64,000 nucleotides of DNA from Squalus acanthias (Eukaryota): NCBI GenBank assembly GCA_030390025.1, contig CM059431.1, positions 146,756,001 through 146,820,000 on the forward strand. The letters are read 5' to 3'. Below, one piece after another: positions 38,001 to 49,424 of this stretch. Both the position numbers and the translations under genes were made by a program. The notes beneath the pieces were generated by a model. The model was not told the origin of the DNA. It ran no database searches and was given only the letters and a program-made list of their open reading frames with translations. Position 1 is the first letter of the stretch; the number at the start of each line of letters is the position of its first letter.

Positions 38001-41000
38001 TGCTGTATTCCTCACTGCTCCTGCTGTATTCCTCACTGCTCCTGCTCTATTCCTCACTACTCCTGCTGTATTCCTCACATTCCTGGTGTATTCCTCACTG
38101 CTCCTGCTGTATTCCTCACTGCTCCTGCTGTTTTCCTCACTGCTCCTGCTGTATTCCTCACTGCACCTGCTGTATTCCTCACTGTTCATGCTGTATTCCT
38201 CACTGCTCCTGCTCTATTCCTCACTACTCCTGCTGTATTCCTCACATTCCTGGTGTATTCCTCACTGCTCCTGCTCTATTGCTCACTGCTCCTGCTGTAT
38301 TCCTCACTGCTCGTGCTGTATTCCTCACTGCTCCTGCTGTATTCCTCACTGCTCCTGCCGTATTCCTCACTGCTCCTGCTTTATTGCTCACTGCTCCTGC
38401 TGTATTCCTCACTGCTCGTGCTGTATTCCTCACTGCTCCTGCTGTATTCCTCACTGCTCCTGCTGTATTCCTCACTGCACCTGCTGTATTACTCACTGCT
38501 CGTGCTGTATTCCTCACTGCTCCTGCTGTATTCCTCACTGCTCCTGCCGTATTCCTCACTGCTCCTGCTGTATTCCTCGCTGCTCCTGCTGTATTCCTCA
38601 CTTCTCCTGATGTATTCCTCATCGCTCCTGCTCTATTCCTCACTGCTCCTGCTGTATTCCTCACTGCACCTGCTGTATTACTCACTGCACCTGCCGTATT
38701 CCTCATTGCTCCTGCTCTATTCCTCATTGCTCCTGCTCTAATCCTCACTGCTCCTGCTGTAATCCTCACTGCTCCTGCTCTATTCCTCACTGCTCCTGCT
38801 TTATTGCTCACTGCTCCTGCTGTATTCCTCACTGCTCCTGCCGTATTCCTCACTGCTCCTGCTGTATTCCTCATCGCTCCTGCTCTATTCCTCACTGCTC
38901 CTGCTGTATTCCTCACTGCTCCTGCTGTATTCCTCACTGCTCCTGCTCTATTCCTCACTGCTCCTGCTGTATTACTCACTGCTCCTGCTGTATTCCTCAC
39001 TGCTCCTGCTCTATTCCTCACTACTCCTGCTGTATTCCGCACTGCTCCTGCCATATTCCTGACTGCTCCTGCTGTAATCCTCGCTGCTCCTGCTGTATTC
39101 TTCACTGCTCCTGTTCTATTCCGCACTGCTCCTGCTGTATTCCTCACTGCCTCTGTTCTATTCCTCGTTGCTCCTGCTCTATTCCTCACTGCTCCTGCTG
39201 TAATCCTCACTTCTCCTGCTCTATTCCTCACTGCTACTGCGGTATTCCTCACTGCTCCTGCTGTATTCCTCACTACTCCTGCTGTATTCCTCACTGCTCC
39301 TGCTGTATTCCTCGCTGCTCCTGCTGTATTCCTCAGTGCTCCTGTTGTATTCCTCACTGCTCCTGCTGTATTCCACACTGCTCCTTCTGTATTTCTCACT
39401 GCTCCTGCTGTATTCCTCACTGCTCCTGCTGTATTCCTCGCTGTTCTCTGCTGTAATCCTCACTGCTCCTGCTCTATTCCTCACTGCTCCTGTTGTATTC
39501 TCGCTGCTCCTGCTGTATTCCTCACTGCTCCTGCTGTATTCCTGACTGCTCCTGCTCTATTCCTCACTGCTCCTGCTGTATTCCTCGCTTCTCCTGTTGT
39601 ATTCCTCACTGCTCCTGCTGTATTCCTCACTGCTCCTGCTGTATTCCTCGCTTCTCCTGCTCTATTCCTCACTGCTCCTGCTGTATTCCTCACTGTTCAT
39701 GCTGTATTTCTCACTGCTCCTACTGTATTCCTCACTGCTCCTGCTGTATTCCTCACTGCTCCTGCTGTATTCCTCGCTGCTCCTGCTGTATTCCTCACTG
39801 CTCCTGCTGTATTCCTCACTGCTCCTGCTGTATTCCTCACTGTTCATGCTGCATTTCACACTGCTCCTGCTGTATTCCTCACTGCCCCTGCTGTATTCCT
39901 CACTGTTCATGCTGTATTCCTCACTGCTCCTGCTGTATTCCTCACATTCCTGCTATATTCCTCAATGCTTTTTCTGTATTCCTCACTGCTCCTGCTGTAT
40001 TCCTCACTACTCCTGCTGTATTCCTCACATTCCTGCTATATTCCTCAATGCTTTTTCTGTATTCCTCACTGCTCCTGCTGTATTCCTCACTGCTCCTGCT
40101 GTATTCCTCACTGCTCCTGCTGTATTCCTCACTGCTCCTGCTGTATTCCTCACTGTTCATGCTGTGTTCCTCACTACTCCTGCTGTATTCCTCACATTCC
40201 TGGTGTATTCCTCACTGCTCCTGCTGTATTCCTCACTGCTCCTGCTGTTTTCCTCACTGCTCCTGCCGTATTCCTCACTGCACCTGCTGTATTCCTCACT
40301 GTTGATGCTGTATTCCTCACTGTTCCTGCTGTATTCCTCACATTCCTGGTGTATTCCTCACTGCTCCTGCTCTATTGCTCACTGCTCCTGCTGTATTCCT
40401 CACTGCTCGTGCTGTATTCCTCACTGCTCCTGCTGTATTCCTCACTGCTCCTGCTGTATTCCTCACTGCTCCTACTCTATTGCTCACTGCTCCTGCCGTA
40501 TTCCTCACTGCTCCTGCTGTATTCCTCGCTGCTCCTGCTGTATTCCTCACTTCTCCTGCTGTATTCCTCACTGCACCTGCTGTATTACTCACTGCACCTG
40601 CTGTATTCCTCACTTCTCCTGCCGTATTCCTCACTGCTCCTGCTGTATTCCTCGCTGCTCCTGCTGTATTCCTCACTTCTCCTGCTGTATTCCTCACTGC
40701 TCCTGCTGTATTAATCACTGCTCCTGCTGTATTCCTCACTGCTCCTGCCGTATTCCTCACTGCTCCTGCTGTATTCCTCGCTGCTCCTGCTGTATTCCTC
40801 ACTTCTCCTGCTGTATTCCTCATCGCTCCTGCTCTGTTCCTCACTGCTCCTGCTGTATTCCTCACTGCACCTGCTGTATTACTCACTGCACCTGCTGTAT
40901 TCCTCACTGCTCATGCTGTATTAATCACTGCTCCTGCTGTATTCCTCACTGTTCATGCTGTATTCCTCACTACTCCTGCTGTATTCCTCACATTCCTGGT

Positions 41001-41224
41001 GTATTCCTCACTGCTCCTGCTGTATTCCTCACTGCTCCTGCTGATTTCCTCACTGCTCCTGCTGTATTCCTCACTGCACCTGCTGTATTCCTCACTGTTC
41101 ATGCTGTATTCCTCACTACTCCTGCTGTATTCCTCACATTCCTGGTGTATTCCTCACTGCTCCTGCTGTATTCCTCACTGCTCCTGCTGTTTTCCTCGCT
41201 GCTCCTGCTGTATTCCTCACTGCT
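23019..41224. repeat. 18.2-kb satellite, 21-bp unit TATTCCTCACTGCTCCTGCTG (~870 units), intronic
   Basis: Read directly; 7-aa periodicity in all ORF translations. Confidence 0.99.
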
Positions 41225-42189
41225 GCCTCTCCTCCTCCAGTTCCAAAGGCAGTCCTGTGACAGCCCTCATGATTACAGCCAAACTATCTATGATGCAACC
41301 AACAACAGTGCAACATTAGGAGCATCTTGCCCTCTTTAAACAAAGCAAACTATCCAGTGTGATAAAACACAGCAAGAAACGCCCAGAAGTTAGGCAGCTG
41401 CCTGAAACGACAAGTCAGTTACTAAACTGCGTGTTCCCCATGATTCCTTTCAATCGCGCTGGTGAGGGCTCCTTCCTGCCGGTTTGTGCCAGGTGTTGCT
41501 GGGCGGATTCAGCACGTGGTGTGAGATGGTGCGGCATAACAAAAGCGGGAAAAGCTCCACAGGAAGCGCAGGACCCTTAATTAAATAACATATCCACTCT
41601 GAAATTATCCTGACGTGCACTCCCGACATCACAGCGAAGCCCGATCCGCACTTCAGGCGGAAATGTGCGTACACTTCCTGTCCAGCATGTCGGCCGCAGG
41701 AGGCCGATAACCAGCTGAAAAAGAGACAGTGCGCGACCGAATATCTAAGCCAATGACTAAGCGCTACACTCACTGGTACATCATCCAATGAGTCATCCAG
41801 AGAAGCCCCAATATCGTCATTTTCTCTGCTGGTTAATCGTTGTATTAGACCGACTGACCACTGGGAGTTTGATGTTTTATCCCGGTCAGTGACGTGCACT
41901 TGCAGCAAAGGCCATTCACATGAACAGCTGGATAAACTACTGTAGTAATGGCAACACCTGCAAGTTTACAGGTAATCCCAAACCTGGTGTGAATTGTAAC
42001 TTCATCCCACAAATTTCAATGATACATTTCAGAATCAGTGAACAGTGAAAATGAAGTTGAATTCTGTTTGCCCAGCTCTTGAACTTTGCACCCCCAGATT
42101 CTAGAAATCTCTGAACCAATGTTCAAAGTTAAAGCCTCTGATAATCAGAACCGAAATAATCTGTTTGAAATCTTCAGCCCATCACCTAC

Positions 42190-42255
42190 CTTTCAGCTGA
42201 CTGGGAACGTCGGATAAACATTCTGTGGCTTTCATGTCATTAAATCGAAAGAAAC
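42190..42255 (-). CDS. NLR gene, 66-nt linker exon (FFRFNDMKATECLSDVPSQLK)
   Basis: aaacag| ... G|gtaggt; phase 1-1; joins the NACHT exon in frame. Confidence 0.72.
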
Positions 42256-42359
42256 CTGTTTAAATAAATTAGCTTTCATGAAAGCAAATCTGTGCACTAC
42301 TTTGGTAAAATATGTAATTTTAGATGTGAAACTGAATGCAGTCTCTGAGTTTACCGTAC

Positions 42360-42531
42360 CAAGTTCCTGTATTTCTTTCAGTATTTTGTCCAACTTTGGT
42401 ACCCCATGGCGCATATTCACAAAGGATTCCCACATTGTCCTTCGGGCCCGAGAACCTTTCTCCATCACCAGATTTAGGAGAAGTTTGGAACTGTCCGCCC
42501 GGTTTCCCTGCTCCGTGAGCTCAGTGACTTT
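42360..42531 (-). CDS. NLR gene, second half of the CARD-like death fold
   Basis: ttacag|AAA ... G|gtacgg; KVTELTEQGNRADSSKLLLNLVMEKGSRARRTMWESFVNM...LDKILKEIQE; phase 0-1. Confidence 0.85.
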
Positions 42532-43559
42532 CTGTAAAGAACAATAATGAATATATTGATGAGTGGAGCGAAAGATCAATTTCACCCCATACTCACCCTG
42601 TTTATTGAATTCGATACTTTTGATTCCGTTCAACAACAGGACCACGGCAATTAATTTAATTGAAGTGAATATTAGTTACTGATTGTATAATCTGTTGATA
42701 CTAACTTCGCCAATTTGTTTGACATGGATGAATGACGCTGTTCAGCAGAATATTGCGCAGCAGGTTCTAAATATTCACATGCAAGAATTTTACTCTTTCT
42801 CAGGAAGTGCAGATACTCTGAGGTCCATGAAATGTCAATGATTCATGCAGGGATTTGCTGAAGCGGTGGATAAATTGCTTTTCCATGATAATGTTTCAGG
42901 CCATTTTAACCGGAAGGCCTGCTCCTGCAAATATCATGTAGACCCCACCCCTCCAGAGACTGTACATCACGTATTTAATTTCCACACCTCAATCTCCCCA
43001 CATTAATCTGAACACAGCTGTCTGACTCCATCAAATGCTGTCAAGGGGAAACCTGAATATCTGCTCGTTGACATCTCCACTAATTAACGGTGGTTGGATT
43101 ATTTCTACTTATTGCTTCTGCTGTAACAACATTGTGTTCCCTGCAGTATTTTTTCACTCTCTACTTATTTCGATGATCCACAGTTTTATTCAATTGACAC
43201 CAATTTTTTGAGAGATTTTTTGAACACATTAATGCTTTTGATAATGGACGGGCTGCTACACATTCAATTCAATGTGAATTGGGGGTGACCATTGGTCTCG
43301 TCTGAGGCTTGTATCATGTCTCTGGTTTAGTGCTTACGGTCCAAGGTCTACAGTATTAACTACAGTTCGATAGTTTTACCGTTTTAAGCATTCATAAGAC
43401 CCGGATCATGTTCCGCTCACCTCTTTTTTTCCTGTAAGGTGATAAATTAATCTCTGTGACTGTGTTTTATAATGGAAGGTCCTCGGGCCTAGTATGATCC
43501 GTTCTGCCCTGCTCTGGCCCCACTCCGCATTATTCGTTCATTCTGATGTTAGGGGGCTC

Positions 43560-44935
43560 AATCCTGGTCAGCAATGGCCTCAGCAATGTTCTGTGCAACT
43601 ATTGGCCATGAATGGGAGTGTTTAACCTCATTTGGTAGAGGGACGGGAACCAGGATGAAGAATTAGAGAGGAGAAACAAAGTGTATCGAGCATTGCAAGA
43701 GAAAAAATAGCTCTAGAACATGGAACATTCCAGAAAGAGGAGGAATCAGACAGGGGAGAAATGCAAATCAAACTAAGGCGTGTCTAGAGTGCATGTGCAT
43801 CAATGCACGGGGCGTGACCAATAATGTCGGTAAGCTGCAGGCATATGGGATATGATATAATAGCAAGATGGAGACCTGGCTTAAACAAGGGGAGGAATCA
43901 GAACATAACATTCCTGAATACAATGAGTTCAGGGGACATGAGGAAGAAAAATAGTGGGGTGGGGGAGGGTGACAGTAGACTGGGGAAATCCCAGAGTTAA
44001 TTCCAAGGAGGGATGGAATTCCTGAATGTTTAGACGAGAACATTCTTGATTAATACATTTCCAGCCCAACAAGGAAGGAAGCAGTGCTAGATCTAGTTAT
44101 GTGCAGTGAAGTGGGACAGTGGAGAATGTTTAAGGATGAAATGCATCTTCAGTTGCTGAGGGAAGCAAGGGTGGAAATGTTCGTTGTTCTAGTTACAATC
44201 TTCCAATCCTCCTTGGACATATGAGTGGTGACAGACGACTGGAGAGTGGACAATGTCACACCCCTTTTAAAAAAAGAGGAGAGGTATAAACCCAGCACTA
44301 CAGGCCAGTCGGCCTAATATCGGTGGTTGGGCAACTGTTAGATAAACATACAGAACAATATTGTCACATTGAAAGACATATGTTAATACATTACAGGTAG
44401 CACCAGGGATGAGGGACTTCAGTTACATGGACGGGTTGGAACTGTCTGTTTGACACCCCTGATCTAGGGTCTATAAATTGGGGCACTTTCAGTAATTCTT
44501 TGGTATCCCGTGCTGAGAACTTGTCTGGATTGGTTAGTATTCAGACTCCAAGGTATGCTACTTCTAGGTTGAAAAAATTAGGAACGTTCCCCTTGGAACA
44601 AAGAAGATGAGAGGTTTTGATAGAGTAAATAGTGAAAAACTATTCCCAGAGATCATAGACTTAAAATCACTGAAAAAGATCTGAAGGGAGGATGAGGAGA
44701 ACTGTTTTCAATCAGAGTTGTCAGGAATAGAAAGCTCTACCTGAAAAGATGGTGAAAGCTGATTCCATAAATAATTTTAAAGAGTGTTGGACAAGTACTT
44801 GAGGATGAGGAACTTACAGGGCTTTGGACAAAAAGTTGGAATTCGGGACTAAGCAGGACTGTCCTTTCAAAGAGTCAGCAGATACACAACACAACGAATG
44901 TCCTCCTTCTGTGCTGTAAGTTTCTTTGATTCTAA
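43560..44935 (+). mobile_element. Internally deleted, decayed CR1 LINE
   Basis: EN start tgcatgtgcatcaatgcacgg (CMCINAR), RT pieces (aatgtcacaccccttttaaaa...tacaggccagtc), and a 3' tail ctgtaagtttctttgattcta. Confidence 0.75.
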
Positions 44936-45545
44936 TAATTACAGCTGTATAATTTGCTTGTATATCCTGAGGATCTTCATAGAACCAACAAGTTAATTTA
45001 GCTCTGGTATCTGAATCAATATAAATTGGATCATTCTATTCAGTTGATCCAACACTCCCCACAGGTATTTTTGTTGGGTTGTTTGCGCTGTTTGGGTCCA
45101 ATACTTGTTCACTTTTTTAGCATTTTCTAAAACAAATATCTTTCCTTTACCACGCAGATGATTTTTTATCATCTCACTGTTCCTCGATTTACTTTAGGTA
45201 GTTTGTAGGTCAGTCAACTCATGAACTTCTTTCCAAATTCCGTCAGTTGTTTCCCGCCTCTGTTTCCCAGTGCTACTAAAATTCTTGGTTCAATTTGACT
45301 TCAGCCCACGAAGGGTTATATCGGACCCGGTACCCGGTCCTTTCTTTGTACAGAGACTGACGGATCTGCTGGGTATTTTCACCTTTGTGTTGTTGCTTCA
45401 GAATTACACCATTAACAGTTTTAACCCCTTCTTTCTTATTTGGCCTGTTTCTCTCCTGTAACATTCTGTTATTCTAAGATCTGATATCCTGTCAGTTCTG
45501 TCATGTTCAAATAATCCAAACTCATTCTGTGTCGCTCCCATTTAC

Positions 45546-45712
45546 CCGATGTTCTTGTCCACTGAAATGCCACTCGTATGTTAACAATGAGCTGACTCCG
45601 TCCACCCCTCCTTCAATCGCCTGTTCCAGTCTGTCCCGGTAGAATTTCGTCAACTGGAACAGCTGGTAATCGTTGCAATTTGTCAAGAACTCAGTGATTG
45701 TAGAGTTCGGAT
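45546..45712 (-). CDS. NLR gene, first half of the CARD-like death fold
   Basis: tcacag|AT ... CGG|gtaaat; PNSTITEFLTNCNDYQLFQLTKFYRDRLEQAIEGGVDGVSSLLTYEWHFSGQEHR; phase 1-0. Confidence 0.85.
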
Positions 45713-46519
45713 CTGTGAACAGAAATAGAGAAAACTCCTCTTATACCAAACGGCTGAAACCTCATGTGAACCGTATTATCAAACACCTTCTCAAAACCCA
45801 TATACACCGCAGATGCTGAATCCCATCGATCTATATAGTCCATTCTTTATAAAAGCTTGAAAATTTGTCAGACACATCTTGCCTACAGCTAGTCCGTTCC
45901 AGCCTTCCCTGATCATCCCCTGTATCTCAACATTGACTAATTCAACCTTAAATTCCGGACTCGAGCATTCTGCCCATAACTGCCGTAGACTGTTCTAGTT
46001 ACCCGCTTTATCCTCTATCCTCCATTGTTGAACAGAGACGTTACTTGGGCTCCTTCAGTGCTCCAGTCTATTGTTTAAATCTAAAACAGATTGAACAATT
46101 GTGGAGAGTCTGTCCTCCCTCCTCTGTGATTTGATTTAACAGCCTGGTGTGTGTTATCTCTGGGCCCAGTCATTTACCCATCCTGACTATTTTTTCAGCT
46201 CCAAATCCTTCCCTACATTTAACTCCAACTATGATCCCACATCCTCCTCTAGTCCACCTTCTCGCACTACCACCATCATTTTTAGAAATGTTTGATACCT
46301 CCTCAAAACGTCATCCTCCACATCTAGATTCCCCCTTCAGCCCCAGTGATAGAACCTTGAATTATTGCTTTACTTTTCATAAACCCTGACTTTTTATATT
46401 ATCCACTGGCCTTGAACCCAATTCCCTTTTAACCACCCCGCCCCCACCCTACAGCCAGAGATCACCACCTTAATGCTTTGTTTTACATTCCATTGCCTGA
46501 CTTTAAATTCCCTCAATAT

Positions 46520-47410
46520 AGACCTCAAACCAGGCCAGCGTCCTGGACTCAACTACTTCCAGCTGCTTCATCAGTGACCTTCGCTCCATCATAAGGTTAG
46601 AAGTGGGACTGCTTGCTGATGGTTGCAGTGTGTTCGGCTCCATTCGCAATTCCTCCAATAATATAGCAGTCCATGCCGACATGCAGCAATAACGTGGATA
46701 ACATCCAGTTTTGGCCTGATATGTGGCAAAAAATATTCGCACCACACAAGTGTCAGGCAATGACCATCTTCAACAAGAGAGAGAATAACCATATGCCATG
46801 ACAGTCAATGACATTTCCATCATCAAGTCCCTCACATCAACCAAAATAGAACTGGACCAGCCAGATAAATCCCCCGTGTCTACGGGAGCAGGTCAGAGGC
46901 TGGGTATTCTGCGGTGAGTGGCTCACCTCTTGACTCCCCAAATTCTCCCCCATGCTCAACACCTTCCAGGACTAAGCATTATGCTTGATCAGCACCCCAT
47001 CCATTGGGTTACACATTCACTCCCTTCACCATTGGCTTACCATGTTTGCAGATTACTGTCTACAGGATGCCCTCCAGTAAGTCGGCAATGCATGTTTGTC
47101 AGCACCTCCCATACCCACGACATCCACCACCTAGAAGGACAAGGGCACCAGGTGCGTGGGAACACCTTCGCCTCCAATATCTCCTTAAAGTCACATACAA
47201 CCATAACTTGGACATAAATTGCCGCTCCTTTATTGTCGCTGGATCAAAACCTTGGAACTCCCTACCTAACAGCACTGTGGGAACACCTTCCCCACATGGA
47301 TTGCAGCGATTCAAGAATGTGGTCCATCATCAACTATTCTTTGGCAACTTGGTGTGGGCAATAAATACTGGCCTTGCCAGCGACACTCAAGTCCCGAAAA
47401 TGATTTCCAA
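46520..47410 (+). mobile_element. LINE (CR1/L2 group) RT 3' fragment
   Basis: Degenerate QASVL...FISDLRSII...LADGCSV motif (from PQGSVLGP...FINDL...FADD), KPWNSLP, and a tail gcaataaatactggccttgccagcga. Confidence 0.7.
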
Positions 47411-47847
47411 AAAATGTATTTCTAGTTGTGCTTTTGGTTTTGACCGGGACAATTTTCTGCTCTTCTTACCTTCACAGATAAAGGTCCCAGTCGCTCAAAA
47501 ATGCTCTTCCCTCTGGAAGAAGATAGTTTTATCGTTATCCTTTCAACCTCGCCCCACTCGGGATGGTCTCCTGCTCCTGGAGTCACACTGCTGCTCAGGA
47601 AGACCCTCCTCTGTGTCACTGTCTCTATTCAGCTTACAGTCACCAATACCAGGACAGTTCCAGTACTCAGTGACAGCCTCCACCTCAGACTGTGATGCCT
47701 CTCAAGATGGTCACTCACTTCCCTCTATCTACTCAGCCCCTGCCCTGTCCTGTTCCCTCTTCCTGTGTGAGCTGGAAGCTTTTCGATGAGATCTGGACCC
47801 TTTGTCAGGACAGAAATTATACTGTAAATAATGTTTTGTGTACTTAC

Positions 47848-47943
47848 CTGTGTCCATTCTCAGTCTTGTTGAAGATGTTGGATCTTCTCCCTTGTCTTGA
47901 CCTTCAACCATGGTGGAGACAGCCGTTCCCAGATTCTGATGCT
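47848..47943 (-). CDS. NLR gene, 96-nt exon (HQNLGTAVSTMVEGQDKGEDPTSSTRLRMDT)
   Basis: ttacag| ... G|gtaagt; phase 1-1; contains a strong-Kozak ATG (accATGG) at 47911. Confidence 0.8.
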
Positions 47944-48969
47944 CTGTAATAAATATATTAATTGAAGGGTTAGATGGAAATATTAAAATGCGAAGGGCAA
48001 CATGATGTCAAGTCCCTCAGTACAACAGCTGTTAGCTCTGGGATCGAGCATTTCCCAAGTGTTACTATCAACTCTGCACATCAGGTGTGACATAGACAGC
48101 TGCCCAGTGAAATCCAGTGAGTCCCGCTGATCTTCACGGGCTCAAGTCGGCCGAGACTCGCCCATTGGTGAGACTTACTCACACAGTGCAGGCCAAAACC
48201 AGCCTTATTCCAGAGGTACAGAATATTCTGCAGGAATATATGGAGCGAGTGATCATTGATTAATTCAATGATCCAACACGCGGTTTTACACAGTTTGGCG
48301 TGATTGGATTATTATTATTCACAGATTTGTGTTGAATATTTTTGATTTGTTGAGTTTTGATTTCAAATTCTGCTTGTTTATGAATATGAGATCTAACCAC
48401 ATACACAATATATAGCTGGGTGTGATCCCTCTGGACTCAATAGGCAGTGAAATTGTCCGTGTGTTCATGGAGATGTGTCCTGGTTGGTGTTTCTATTTGA
48501 ATATATTGACCATATCTCTCATGGTGTCAGCACCTGACTAATGAGCACTGTAGGGGTGAGGACAATTACCACTGTTTCACGAATATCTACACTAATGTAT
48601 AATGCTGTGAGTCATGTCACTTTAAACAGCCAGTCGAGGCACAGTACTGATTAGTGGAATATTTTCACAGGTCTTTTCAATCTCAGGAATGGCCATAAAT
48701 ATAAAAGTGGTCGATTTGCCTGCTGTTTTACAGTAAATATTCTCCACTTGTGCGCGTGTCTCGCTGTGTGTGCGTCCAATCAAACTCTCAGTCAGCGTCC
48801 TTTCCTTTCCCCACTGGGGAAATGTAAAAGTGATTCAGTCTCGGATCAGTAATTCCTCAAAACATTCGTTGAAGTTATTCTACGGAATTGAATTATAACC
48901 AAGTTTGAGACCTGATCAAATTCAGTTATCTGCAGTGTCACTCACACTGACACTGGTACAATAAACACA

Positions 48970-49415
48970 CAGCAACAACAAGTAATTTCCATCGAAACAC
49001 ATCGCAAGGTGCTTCACAGAAGTCAAGTACGACAAAAGATGGGCTCAGACTAAAGGGGGTAGAAGGAGGCGTGGTCAGAATGTTGTTCACAGCAGTGAGT
49101 TTCGGAGGGTTCTAAAGGAGGAGGGAGCTGGAGAGGTTTAGGTGGGGAATTGATGAGCATTGAGCCGGGACAGCCGAAGGCACAGCCGCCATAGATGGGG
49201 GGAGGAGAGGGTGAAATGCCACAAGAGGCCAGAGTCGGAGGAAGAGAGAGATCTTGGTGGTGGGGATTGTAGGGCTGGAGGAGGTGACAGAGACAGGGAG
49301 GGACACGACCATGAAGGGATTTAAAGAAGAGGGGAGATTTAATTTGGATGTGCTGGGGAGCCAGGAGCCAATGTAGGTTCGCAAGGACAGGGGATGATCG
49401 GTGAGCAGAATATTG
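48970..49415 (-). mobile_element. L2-type LINE 3' end
   Basis: SPVLANLHWLLAPQHIQIK...FKSLHG..PPCLCHLLQPY is a typical L2 ORF2 C-terminus. (GTT)n-like tail near 48975. Confidence 0.8.
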
Positions 49416-49424
49416 ATATTTTTC

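Noticed and set aside
22858..41339. Giant ORFs (up to 2982 aa) of HCSCCIP, LLLLYSS, TAPAVFL and RNTAGAV repeats resembling keratin-associated or metallothionein-like proteins
   Set aside because: They arise from a stop-free 21-bp unit that is open in several frames at once, with free frame-switching indels and no codon-position bias.
41225..41920. Short ORFs and a GC-rich patch right of the satellite
   Set aside because: No recognisable domain or splice-compatible exon; possibly a DNA-transposon remnant, but I cannot support that.
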